NCBI RefSeq assembly: GCF_006345805.1
Contig: NC_042997.1
Span: 123,752,001 to 123,816,000 of the forward strand
Source of the DNA: Octopus sinensis
Taxonomy: Eukaryota
DNA length: 64,000 nt
Reading direction: 5' to 3'
The notes under the pieces were generated by a model. The model saw nothing but the letters and a program-made list of their open reading frames with translations. It had not been told where the DNA came from and ran no database searches. The translations under genes were made by a program, and so were the position numbers. Each line of letters begins with the position of its first letter. Within the stretch, counting starts at the first letter, position 1. Positions 14,937-26,405 of the stretch are shown here, piece after piece.

Positions 14937-17034
14937 TATTGTTATTATTATTATTATAATATCTCACACAGTTCGCTTGTATCTTGAGCTAAGATGGAAT
15001 TTTCTCCTCAGGTCTCGAAGGTCTTTGTGGAGACTCCTTTCGATGCCATGTGATATTCTGTTTCCTTTCATTCCTTCAGAATTGAGCTGTTGTTCTGACA
15101 ATTTTGGTTACTAGATATGAATATGATACGCGCATATTTTGTCGTGTTGCACTTTTCTTATATTCATAGCCATGTCAAACAGACAATTTTTCTCGCCCCA
15201 CAATCTAGAACCCTTTGTCAGCAATTCAAATTGATTGCAACTGTTTCTAAACATCTTACAGTGGAGATAATAACTTTACATTTCTACATTTTATGAAAAT
15301 TACATTTTAGATCATGATATTCTCCTATATTTCTGAGTTATTTTCCCAACATTTTTGTGTGAAACAAACCAAGTAACAGCCATTAAGCACACACTCTGTT
15401 TCTTTATCAAAAACTACAAAATTTGGGCGTGAATTATCATTACTATTATAATTACCATGATCTTTATTGTTTTATTATTATTATAACGTCGTCTCCATCG
15501 TCGTCCTCATCAGCAGCAGCAGTGGCGTCATCATTACCACCGCCAGCACCACCATTATCATCACCGTCGTCATCAGCATCATCGTTATCATCATGGTCAT
15601 CATTATCATCATCATCATCATCATCATCACCATCATCATTATCATTATGGTAATCATTATCGTCGTTATCATCGTCATCATCATCATCAACATCATTGTA
15701 TGAATGCAGGAAAGGAATGAATAATAAAATAGGAAAATTATTCATGAAAACATAATTCATTGAATGAGCGGATCCTACCGAAAAGTATTCTGAAGAAATT
15801 TAAATACAATTATTTTCCATGGAGAATTGCGTTACATTAGAACTAATAAAATTAAAGACGCTAATGAATTAACAAATTCGCTAAAAATTATATTGCCAAG
15901 AAACTAATAATAAAAGGAGAATTAACAAATATAAGCTGCATTGGAAATCAGCTATAGATTAAGATGAATAATTCAACACTACCAAACAAACATAACAAGA
16001 GAGTTACCTGGTGTTAGTGAGCCGACAATTATAAAATGCCCAGGTAGCCATATAACGATTGAATGTAGATTAATTGTCAGAAATGTTCAGCTAACTTTTT
16101 AACAGAAATGGGAAAGAAATTTACTGTCTTATCAAGATTTGAACAATGGCCACACAAATCAGCAAATAAAACTGTCTAAACTGTGTGAAATTATTCTAAT
16201 GATTGCACAAAACAGTTCCGTTCTAACTTCGAAGACTCCGAGGTATGCCATTGAAAGAGTTATATCAAGTAACTGAAATGTGCTAAGGTAATTCTTTACC
16301 AGTGTTTTTAAGTATTCTATGTTCTCCAGTTAAACTGAATCATATGATATATATGATATGGTTAGACAAATAAATTATTAAAAACACGCAGTTTCTTAGA
16401 AATGTTTCGCCTAAATCATAGTGAGGGAAACACTACAGGGAAAATAGAAATTCAAATTAACTAGAAAAATTCTTAAGAAATAATGGGCGTATACGCAATT
16501 AAATCATCGATTGTCGTCATAAGTGTGAGAGAAAGGTGTTCCTTCAATAGATCTGACGCTGGATGGAGGCTACCTTAGACTGAGGTTCAACAATGTCTGA
16601 CGAGAGAAGTTTAGTTTCGTAAATGATTGTTCGTGTAGCTATGGTCGCAGATGGAAGATCTAAATGTCTTACTATAGAGGCTAGGAATTATTTAACAAAT
16701 TTCATTCTATTCTCGCTCCTAGATTTATTTATGGATATATTCCTCTTTCATACCTTCAATCTCTCTCTAGCAATGAGACCACAAAAGTGAATGTCCCGTT
16801 AGCGGTCTGTCACAAATGATGTGAGTTGATATGACTTTTCTACCCTGAGATATTCTGGTTTTTCCTTTCTACATTGATTCATAGGCACAACGAAGGCGAT
16901 TTTATAACAATTAATAGAGGAATACCTGACAGAGTGGTGTGTCAGGTATGCAGACTGCACATGGAAACTATTTCAGTTGGCAATGGTGTTGCGCGAATTT
17001 TTAATGCAACTGGAGTCTTTTCACCATAGGATTG

Positions 17035-17750
17035 TACGAGGGAAAGTCAAAAATTATACGCACGCTTGTTTTTTTCAATGTATTTATCCAACAGCAGACG
17101 ATAAACAAGTACTTCGTTTTTCTATATGGTCTCCTTCCTTTTCGATGCACTTGCTCCAGCGTTCCACAAGCTTGTGCATACCCTCCAAGAAGAAGGTTTT
17201 CGGTTGGTCATGCAACCATTTGTGTACTGCTTTCTTCATATTTTCATCCTTAGGAATTCAACGACCGCGTAAACCATCTTTAAACGGTCACAGGTATAAT
17301 AATCGGAAGGCACAAGCTCTGGGCTGTAGATAGGGTGTGTGTTCCAGCATCTCAAAACTTAATTGGTTAATAGTTTCTATGATCTGGGATGTCGGGTGTA
17401 GGCGCGCATTGTCATGCAACAACAAAATATCCTTCAACAATAGGCGTCGCCATTTAGTACAATTGCTGGCTTCTGTTTGTTGGCCAGAAAAGCACTGTAT
17501 CTTGCACTGTTAATCGTACACCCCTTTTCCAGAGAAATGGGATCACTACTCTTGTTTCTTCTTTGATGCACATTCCTAGTGAAGCAGCCTTTCGTACACT
17601 GTAAAGCCAGAAAGAAAACAGGCGCGATCAGGCTCAAACTTCGATCACGTGACAACAATTGTACCAACTATAATCACGCATGCGCAGAAGGCAGTGGGGC
17701 AATAATAAAGCTATGTGATAACGAAAATCCGGATAATTTTTGAGTTCGTA
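17035..17750 (-). mobile_element. Internally deleted mariner-like DNA transposon
   Basis: TA-CGAGGGAAAGTCAAAAATTAT left TIR and degenerate ATAATTTTTGAGTTCG-TA right TIR. Minus strand encodes LLHDNARLH, YSPEL, GMHKLVERWSKCIEKEGDHIEK. Confidence 0.88.
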
Positions 17751-18408
17751 TATGCATCGAGATATTTCAGCCACAAATTGAGAGTATCTTCAGGGCAAAC
17801 TAGATTTTAGACTCGAGCTGCTTAATGGGTCATCTATGTCTGGTTCAAGTTTCACACGAATTGCAGGAATGTGAAAACTGGGGCTGTTTGGTGAACGAGA
17901 AAATTAACGAGGATGAAGTAGTTATTTAGAAACACCGATTACTTGAGCTTTCAAAACTGCCAAGACGGCAGTTGCAGATTTACCCGAACATGAGCATCCG
18001 GAACACAGACATATATATATAGTAAACTATGGTTGCAGAACAAACAAATATAAGGTCATCCACGTAACATATAACATCTCGAATATTTAATCACATAATA
18101 CATTTTCTTACACATAGAATATAGATGCATAAAATCACAGAAGATGAAAGATAATTCATTAATACAGGCATATAAGAGAAATGTGTGAGTACAGTCTATC
18201 GCGATTAAAAATTAATACTTTAGCGACTAAAAAAATATATTTTAACGTTATAACATCTAGAATAATAAATATATAAAAACATAAAGAAATATATAAATAT
18301 ATAAGAAAATATAAAAATACATATATATAGGAAACATATAAATATATATCATATAATGTAAGATAAAAGTTCATCGTTTAGAATATTTTTCGTTTAAAAG
18401 TTACTTTT

Positions 18409-18449
<41 letters not shown>

Positions 18450-19239
18450 AATGTAGGATAAAATTTTTCGAAGAAAAAAATGTTATCAATGGCCAGCATA
18501 TTAAAAAAACCTTTAAAGGTTAAATTTATAAACAACTTATAAGTAAGGGCAAACGAAAAGATTTCTAATGCCAAATATGCCGAAAATTGGACATATTGTC
18601 CATAACCATATAATTTATCACAATAAGCACGTTACTCGAAAAAGGTCGATAGAAATATCTAAAAAATTTCGTTATTACCATATCGGACCGATTTCAGGGT
18701 TAGTTCATAGGAACCTTCCCTTCGTCAGTGATAAATGCGGCAAAGAGATAAATGAAATACTTACTCATACCCATGGAAGAAGCAAACACTAAGTCATGAG
18801 CACAATTAAGTACTCCAAATATATCCAAAATAGAAATTCTCCAGCCCATTCGAGACACGTGCGATTCGAACTGAAACTCTCACAGCGTGAGAGAGTCCGG
18901 AAGTGAACACTATTAAATTTACATCAACTTATACGTTGTTTATATATATATATTTAGAATTACTACAATATAGTTTCATGTAGCAGTGCCTTAGGGGTGA
19001 GATACTGTAGAAAAAATTATCGTGCATCATAGATGCAAATTCTTCTCTTCAGGTGACGTTTCAAACTGTACCTCGTTTATATTTGTAGTTTCACTTATTT
19101 TGATAACGATACATTTTAGTCAGTGCAACATGCTCTCCCTCTCTATAAAAAGAATGCGATATAATGAAAGAATCCTTCTCATATAAGCATTACATAAAGT
19201 ATTCAACTATAAAAGTATAAGACATCAAAAACAGAATAA

Positions 19240-19609
19240 AAGGATATGAGAACTCAGAAGGCGCAATCTTTCACGAAGGAAGCAGCAACGTCCTCTCAAC
19301 GACTAGCTGGAGAAAAGTTTTAAAATGAGAATATTTTAAATAAAATGAACTGCTCTCACAAGCGAGAATACAAAAAATAAACCCGTTCGCTCTCAAAAAT
19401 TAAGTTAAAACAGTGAAAATAATCCAGAAACCTTGTCTGGTACCGGATTTATCCAAAATCTAATCAGTTCGTGCCAATACGAGGTCAAACATCCTTGAAA
19501 GTTTCATCCGAATCTAGCCAGCGTTTCTTGAGATATCTTGTCTACGGAAAAGCAAACAGACAAACAAACAAACACGACTGAAACAATACATCTAAGGCGG
19601 TGGTAATAA
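19240..19609 (-). mobile_element. Possible HINE-like element, diverged copy
   Basis: Shares TTCAGTCGTGTTTGT, AGATTCGGATGAAACTTTCA and GGCACGAACTGATTAGATTTTG with 33509-33857. Confidence 0.45.
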
Positions 19610-20152
19610 AATTTAATACTCCGACAATAGGAGAGTTAAAATTATTAAAAAAAAATATCTCTGCGATCATTACAGTACAAATAAAAATCATCGGACATTT
19701 ATATTGACGTTTACATTTCATCATAACAAATATGTTAGGGAGATGTACTCGCATAGCAAGTGATTTGATCTGAGATCGTGTGCTGACACGAAAACAATTG
19801 CAGCGTGGAAGGTGTTTGTAAGCCATTTAAGAAACACACAAAAGCCGTTCGATTCACTTCAACATTTAAGTTTAATTTGTCAAAATATTTTCGTTGCTAA
19901 AATCCGCGACCTGTTCACTGACAAAAATCCGTGCTGCATCTGTTATCTGATATGTTAGCATATCCACATATATGCACACACATACACACGCATAAATTCA
20001 TACTTACTGTTAACTATATACACCCACACGAATATATATATATATATATTATATCAAATTAGAGACAAAACCACTATTATGCAAATCAAACAAAGAAAGA
20101 CTTAAGCCAATACAGAAAATAATTTATATAAATTAAAATTTAACAGATGAAT

Positions 20153-20204
20153 AACCACTACGATCGTTTCGTGTCAGCACATCTTAGACATTCTTCAGGT
20201 GGTT
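20153..20204 (-). ncRNA. Minimal type I hammerhead ribozyme motif (one mismatch from consensus)
   Basis: aaccac-CUGAAGA-auguc..gacac-GAAA-cgaucg-UA-gugguu: perfect 6-bp helix I, palindromic helix III, GUA cleavage triplet, A10.1-C11.1 mismatch. Confidence 0.7.
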
Positions 20205-20525
20205 TCAAAACCTTCTTAGCGAGTTTTAAATTATGAACTCTGTAAAATTTTACTATAAAATTGGATTCAATCTTAAATCTGATTTTCCTTGTAAATTTGG
20301 ATTTATTCCCTAATATTTATTATTATATATATATATATATTTATAAAACGTACTTTGTGGATGTTTCATGCGCTCATACACACGCATCTCTCTCTCACTT
20401 ATTCACTCTTTCTCTCCCCCCTCTCTCTCTCTGTATATATATATATATATATATAATTAAAATCAGAATCGGATCTATTTTTAGCGCAAGAGCGTCCACA
20501 TACTGGATTACCTCTTATATTTGTG

Positions 20526-20563
<38 letters not shown>

Positions 20564-20570
20564 ATATATA

Positions 20571-21590
20571 TAGAAAGTGCGTAAGATATTTGAGGATTCA
20601 TGTTTATAAAAAGGAAACAAATATGTAATAACAGATAATAACTTTATTATCAGAAATTCTATGAAGGTAAAAGTATACCTTCTTTTCTATAATGTTATTC
20701 GATAAATTCACCTTCAGCTTTAATAACTGCTTCTATGCTAGGTCGAAATCATCTACATGTTCGAATCAATTTGTTCCGATTCACTTTGGACATTACTCTG
20801 AATATGGTGGCTTTCAAAGTATCTTTGGTGTTATGGGCATATTCACTGACCTCTCTCTTAACAATGCTCTGCAATTAATAGTCCAGTGGACAGAGATCTA
20901 GAGAATCAGGAAGACAAATTTTAGGGGCTGTGTTCATGAAAATTTTCAACCATCCATTCCTGCATTACTTGAGACTTGTGTGATGGTGCAGAGTCTTATT
21001 GAAACAAATAGGGCCTTCTATTGTGTATACTGTCTATCCAGGGCTTAACAACTGTTTTCCCTACCTCAATGTATGTAGCAGAATTAACTCTAAGGCCTTG
21101 TGGAAAGAGGTAACGCGTTATCACATATCCTTCATTGCTGACAACGCCTAAAACCATAACAGTTGCAGAAAATTTTCTATGCATAACTCTTCGAACTTCA
21201 GAAGGGCCTGCACATAACCATCTATCATTTCTTCTGTTAAAGTTTTGATCTTAGTTGAAGTTTTTCTTGTCTGAGAAAAAACAAAACATATCTTATACTG
21301 GATTTTACTATCTCATATAACTATTTAAAAGAGCTTTTTCAATCTGATATAGAGATTTTCTTTTACTTTTTCTAACATAAATTGGTCTTTCCTCATCTCA
21401 TAAGTCTTCTATCTTATGTTTTCGTGGAAAGCATTTCTGATTGTTCCTTCTGAGACATATTGACTTTTTTCAATTGACCTCATTAGTTTTCTGGCATTGT
21501 AATCAAGGGTCTGTTGAACCTGCTGGATAAATACAGGTGCTCTGATGATTTCAAAAGATTTACGTCCACAAATATCCTACGCACCCTGTG
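20571..21590 (-). mobile_element. Degraded Tc1/mariner element (maT/DD37D-like by inference)
   Basis: Imperfect TIRs TAGAAAGTGCGTAAGATATTTG / CAAATATCCTACGCACCCTGT. Transposase remnant KFSATVMVLGVVSNEG..VVKPWID..FQ.DSAPSHK. Confidence 0.8.
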
Positions 21591-21610
21591 AATATACATA
21601 TATAGGTACA

Positions 21611-21674
<64 letters not shown>

Positions 21675-21764
21675 TTAACTGTTGCTTTTGGAGACATTAC
21701 GAAAATTTATATATATATAGAGAGAGTCTCTCGAATTTTCGTAATGTCTCCAAAAGCAACTGTT

Positions 21765-21802
<38 letters not shown>

Positions 21803-21961
21803 TATATATATTGTGAAATAGAAAGATGAATAATCTTGTTGCAGATTAATCAAAAGTTTAACCGATACCTTGGTAGCAAAAATCACAGCAGAAGACAGCA
21901 CGGTTAGAGGTACAACCATATGGTGTTGCAACCGTGCGTTGGTGCGGATAATTGAATTTTA

Positions 21962-22653
21962 ATATTATTAGTGAATTGAAGAAATGGAGTTGAACGAAGA
22001 TTGAACAGAAATCGTTTTATTGCATTCTGCGTTCGCCAACCGACTGGCCCGGACGCGACGGCGTGCAGCCGCCGGGCTCGCGCGGGCCGAGCCGACCGGG
22101 TCACCGCCGCCGCTCCGCAACCGACGCCGCAACCACGCCGCGACCGCCCCCGCGAGGGGGACGGCAGCCGGAAGCGGCCGCAGCGCCGGACGCGACGGAG
22201 AGCGGTGGCAACGGCAAGCCCGGGCCGCGCGCGGAGCTACCGACGACGGCTTCGGCGCCGCTGCGCTACCGGAAAAGCACTAATCGACGATTAGCGCGTC
22301 GATTAGTGCTTTTCCGGTAGCGCGGCGGCGCCGAAGCCGCCGTCGGTAGCTCCGCGCGCGGCCCGGGCTTGCCGTTGCCGCCGCTCTCCTTCGCGTCCGG
22401 CGCTGCGGCCGCGTCCGGCGCTGCAGCCACGTCCGGCTGCCGTCCCCCTCGCGGGGGCGGTCGCGGCGTGGTTGCGAGTTGGTTGCGGCGTCGGTTGCGG
22501 AGCGGTGGCGGTGACCCGGTCGGCTCGGCCCGCGCGAGCCCGGCGGCGGCACGCCGTCGCGTCCGGGCCAGTCGGTTGGCGAACGCAGAATGCAATAAAA
22601 CGATTTCTGTTCAATCTTCGTTCAACTCCATTTCTTCAATTCACTAATAATAT
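21962..22653. repeat. GC-rich inverted repeat (palindrome) with 7-nt centre
   Basis: Arms are reverse complements apart from several substitutions and 11-bp and 18-bp insertions in the right arm; centre ATTAGCG at 22290-22296. Confidence 0.95.
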
Positions 22654-23381
22654 ATACTCACTAATAATATATATATATACATATATGAACCGGATCCTCG
22701 AAACACACACCATCATTAAAAGTAAACGGCAACCAAAATCCTTGAAAAGGATTTTAACCCAAGCTACACTGCACTCAACATCAACCACAAAACCAGCAGT
22801 TAGAAAATGTGGAAGGCCCACCTGCGGAATCTGTGTCATCTTGAAAGAAGGATCAGAATTTATACTGGAACAAGGCCACCAGTTCACCATTAGAACAAAC
22901 TTCACCTGCGCATCAGAAAACTTAATTTACGTCATAACATGCGCAGGCTGCAATAGGCAGTATATAGGCCATACAAAAAATAGCTTACGTAACAGGATGG
23001 CGGTGCATAAATCACAAATTAGAAACCCTGATTACCGCAAAATACCGGTCAGCGGACACATAGATAGATGTGCTGGAAATGTAAATCCGAAATTTACAAC
23101 TAACCCGCTCTATAATTCAGTGACAACGCAACCTTCACACAACGCCAAAATAAAGAACTATATTTCATAAAAAATTTAGACCAAGTTTAAACACCCTGGG
23201 CCAGGAATACTAAAACAAAAGATAAGTCCTCCGAAAAGGAGAAGCAAAATTCCACCACGACCGCTACTTTAAACAGACACTCGCTCTGACGGAAATATGC
23301 CTTAGTAAAAAAGGAAAAAAATTCTTTCGTGCAAATCTGACCCTGATACATACGATACAGCTAAGGGTCAGACCCGATTCT

Positions 23382-23830
23382 GATTGGTCAACAAGTTGAT
23401 GACGTCTAGCTCTGCTAGAATGGACAGGATACAAACAGAGGACAGTCATTAGTCAGAATATTGATGACGTCCTTTTCTGCTTGACTAGTCACCTAACAAG
23501 TACAGACAGGGGGCAGATCTAATGTAGCTATAAGTCGTGATTGGGCAGAATCTGGATGACGTCCCGTTCTGCTTGACTAACGAAGCGACTGGTCAAAACA
23601 GGAAACAAACAAGAGGCAGTTATAATGCAGCGATTGGTCAAAATGATGATGACGTCCCGTTCTGCTTGACTAAAGCCACCTAACGAAACGATTGGTCAAA
23701 ACGTTGATGACGTCACGCTACGCTGGATTGACCACCTAACAGGCATTATAAAACCGAGCACTTCACAAAACTCACTAGAACCACCCAGCGAACATCCACC
23801 ATGGGTCATCACAATTGCTTAAGGTAAAAA
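23382..23830 (+). promoter_or_regulatory. Putative Pol II promoter of the PLE pseudo-LTR
   Basis: Five ATT(G/A)G-N12-TGACGTC modules (reverse CCAAT + CRE-like), TATAAAA at 23747, CCACCATGG at 23796-23804, AAG|GTAAAA donor at 23823/23824. Confidence 0.6.
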
Positions 23831-24087
23831 TGAATTCCTCGCTCTTTCGGAAACATCAATCTTCTGTATTGACCGCTTTCCACCACTTTGATCTGTTTTT
23901 TGTATTGAATACGTATCGCCACCGTGGGCCACTGCATCGAACACTTTGAACATATAGCATGAATGAACTTACTTCAAACTATATATCAACTATACATGAA
24001 CTCTAAGATGTCTGACTCCGTTGTGTATTATAAATGAATTTCTTGTGTTTGACGGCATGAGCTGTCTTTTTTTATATATAACTTTTT

Positions 24088-24122
24088 TTGATAAGGTTCA
24101 TTTCAGGAACTGAAACATGTTA
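24088..24122 (+). ncRNA. Degenerate hammerhead remnant at the end of the PLE 3' region
   Basis: UUGAUAA-gguuc..gaacu-GAAA-caug-UUA; two core changes from CUGAUGA. Confidence 0.45.
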
Positions 24123-24183
24123 TAATGTATATATAAAAATTAAAAATTGTATAATACAGCAGCATTTTCGAACTTCATTTTTT

Positions 24184-24265
<82 letters not shown>

Positions 24266-24301
24266 TATATACACACACACACACATATATACACACACAC
24301 A

Positions 24302-24341
<40 letters not shown>

Positions 24342-25122
24342 ATATATATACACACACACCACACACACACACACATATATATATATATTATATATATATA
24401 TATATATATACACATATATATATACACACACACACACATATATGTATATATATATATATATACACATACATATATATTTAGATAGATATTTTATTTAGAG
24501 CGTTTATAATAAAGTTTTCTTTTTTTTCGTATTACATATTTATCTTGGACATTGAGTAAAATTTTTTTAAGGATTAACATTTCCTCGAGTGTAGCTATTA
24601 GATACGGAATAGTTATAATGGTAATGCATTCATAGCAGAATTAGCAGTCGAGGCGTTTGTAAAAGTATGGTTTCATTAGGAAGCTGTAAGTAAGTGCTTT
24701 AACTGTTGCTTTGGGAAACATTACGAAAATTCGAGAAATATTGCTGGAATTTCAAATTCGTAACAAATCTTTAGTGTTACATGGTGTTAACATTGATGAT
24801 TATTGTTTTTCTTTTTTTTTTAACTTTGTGTCAGATCAGGGTGTGAGTATGTTATGTATTGTTATGGGAGATATTTCCTGTAAGGAGTACTGTCCGGACT
24901 GCTGTTGAGTGGCAGTGAGGTCGGGAGATTAGGCCCAGGTTTGCTTGTCGCAGGGCTTGCTATGTTTTCATGCGGAGTATGTTTTCCGTACACTGTCCTG
25001 CTTTATATATTTGTTTATATATATATAAATATATATATATATAATTGCAGCGTGGAAGGTGTTTATAAGCCATTTAAGAAACACACAAAAGCCGTTCGAT
25101 TCACTCCAACATTTAAGTTTAA

Positions 25123-25172
25123 TTTGTCAAGATATTTTCGTCGCTAAAATCCGCGACCTGTTCACTGACAAA
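25123..25172 (-). ncRNA. Hammerhead-like motif with variant core GUGAACA (G3/C8)
   Basis: uuuguca-GUGAACA-g-gucgc-ggauuuua-gcgac-GAAA-auaucu-ugacaaa; copies at 19876-19925 (-) and 27199-27248 (+). Confidence 0.45.
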
Positions 25173-26160
25173 GTCCGTGCTGCATCTAAGAAAGTAACAG
25201 TTAGTTCGTCATATATATGTACGTATGTATGTGTGTATGTATGTATACATGTGTGTATGTATGTACGTATGCATGCACGCACATACGCCTATGTATGCAT
25301 GTATGTATGTATGTATGTATGTATGTATGTATGTATGTATGTATGTATGTATGTATATATGTATGTGTGTGTATAAGCACGCACATACACTCTATAAAAC
25401 ATAGTTATAAACCTGTAGCGATGGATGGATGTAGAGTGACCACTCATCACAACGCTATCAAATTTCAACTCCCTACGGCCGAGGCTGGAAAGTGAATTTA
25501 TGACGCTTGCTCACAAGAACTATACCCTAAAATCTATTATCAGATTTTTATCTCTATATCACAGAACTAATGTTTTACTATTGTTCGTATGTATGTATGT
25601 ATGTGTGTATGTATTTATGTATGTATGCATGTATGTATGTATGTATGTATGTATGTACATACGTACGCATGTGCGTATGTATGTATACGCGCTCGTATGC
25701 ATGTGCCCATGTATGTGTGTGTGTACATGTACGTGCGTATGTACGTGTGTATGCCCATACGTAGGTATGTATGTATGTTTGTATTCATGTGCTACGTATG
25801 TATGTGAGTGTCTAGGAGAATGGGCAGATGTGTCCGTGAGAGTGTGTACATGTGTATGTGTATGTGAACGTATGTCCGTGTACTGGCATGTGTCCGTCCA
25901 AGTTGTGTACATGACTGTTACTTTGCTGAAGGTTGTATACATATTTACATATATGTTTGTATAGACGCACACACATATATATATGTGCGTGGGTGTGTGT
26001 TTGTTCCTCTCATCATCGTCTAACCGTGAATGGATACAACGCCTAGGTGCAACTGTTCGTATCAAACAACGTCTGCTCATACCGTTGTATATAACTGCAC
26101 ATACGCATTGCAACCTGTATGTAAGGACTACAGGTGAAAGGGAGAGAGAGAGAGGGGTGG

Positions 26161-26405
26161 TTATAGAATAGTCCTTCTGAATGGGATCTGGATGTTATTC
26201 CATTCGGACTTTCGGTTGAGAGTAGGTTTGTATTCTTGTATACAAACAGCTTCTGTGACCTGTCTCAACATTGCCTCGGTGGGATGTGTAGATAGGATGT
26301 TCAACTTAAGCTCCCCTAAGGATCCCTTGTGGCAGTCTACAGCATGTTGGTAGAAGATGGAGTTTGGCATTGAAAGGAAGCCAAACTCCATCTTCTACCA
26401 ACATG
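26161..26405 (-). mobile_element. Penelope-like GIY-YIG C-terminal fragment with a 26-bp fold-back at its 5' end
   Basis: PNSIFYQHAVDCH..LRQVTEAVCIQEYKPTLN matches the PLE endonuclease C-terminus pattern H..H..R..EA.CI..P.LN. Confidence 0.75.

Larger units (their letters stand above)
22685..24150 (+). mobile_element. 5'-truncated Penelope-like element (probably Neptune type): GIY-YIG endonuclease plus 3' UTR/pseudo-LTR
   Basis: Cys-rich linker KCGRPTCGIC, LIYVITCAGCNRQYIGHT..LRNRM..HKSQI, and after a frameshift RQNKELYFIKKFRPSLN, stop at 23211-23213. The Cys-rich RT-EN linker is typical of Neptune-type PLEs. Right boundary approximate. Confidence 0.88.

Noticed and set aside
16590-16635. CTGACGA-GAGA..TTTC-GTAA motif
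   Set aside because: GAAA is not conserved and helix I does not pair in register.
19766-19805. Second hammerhead-like shape (CUGAGAUC-GUGU/ACAC-GAAA-ACAAUUG) in the same repeat family
   Set aside because: The core lacks G8/A9, there is no NUH triplet and no helix I.
22001-22647. Overlapping Arg/Ala/Pro-rich ORFs on both strands
   Set aside because: Stop-poor GC-rich palindromic sequence gives mirror ORFs; no recognisable domain.
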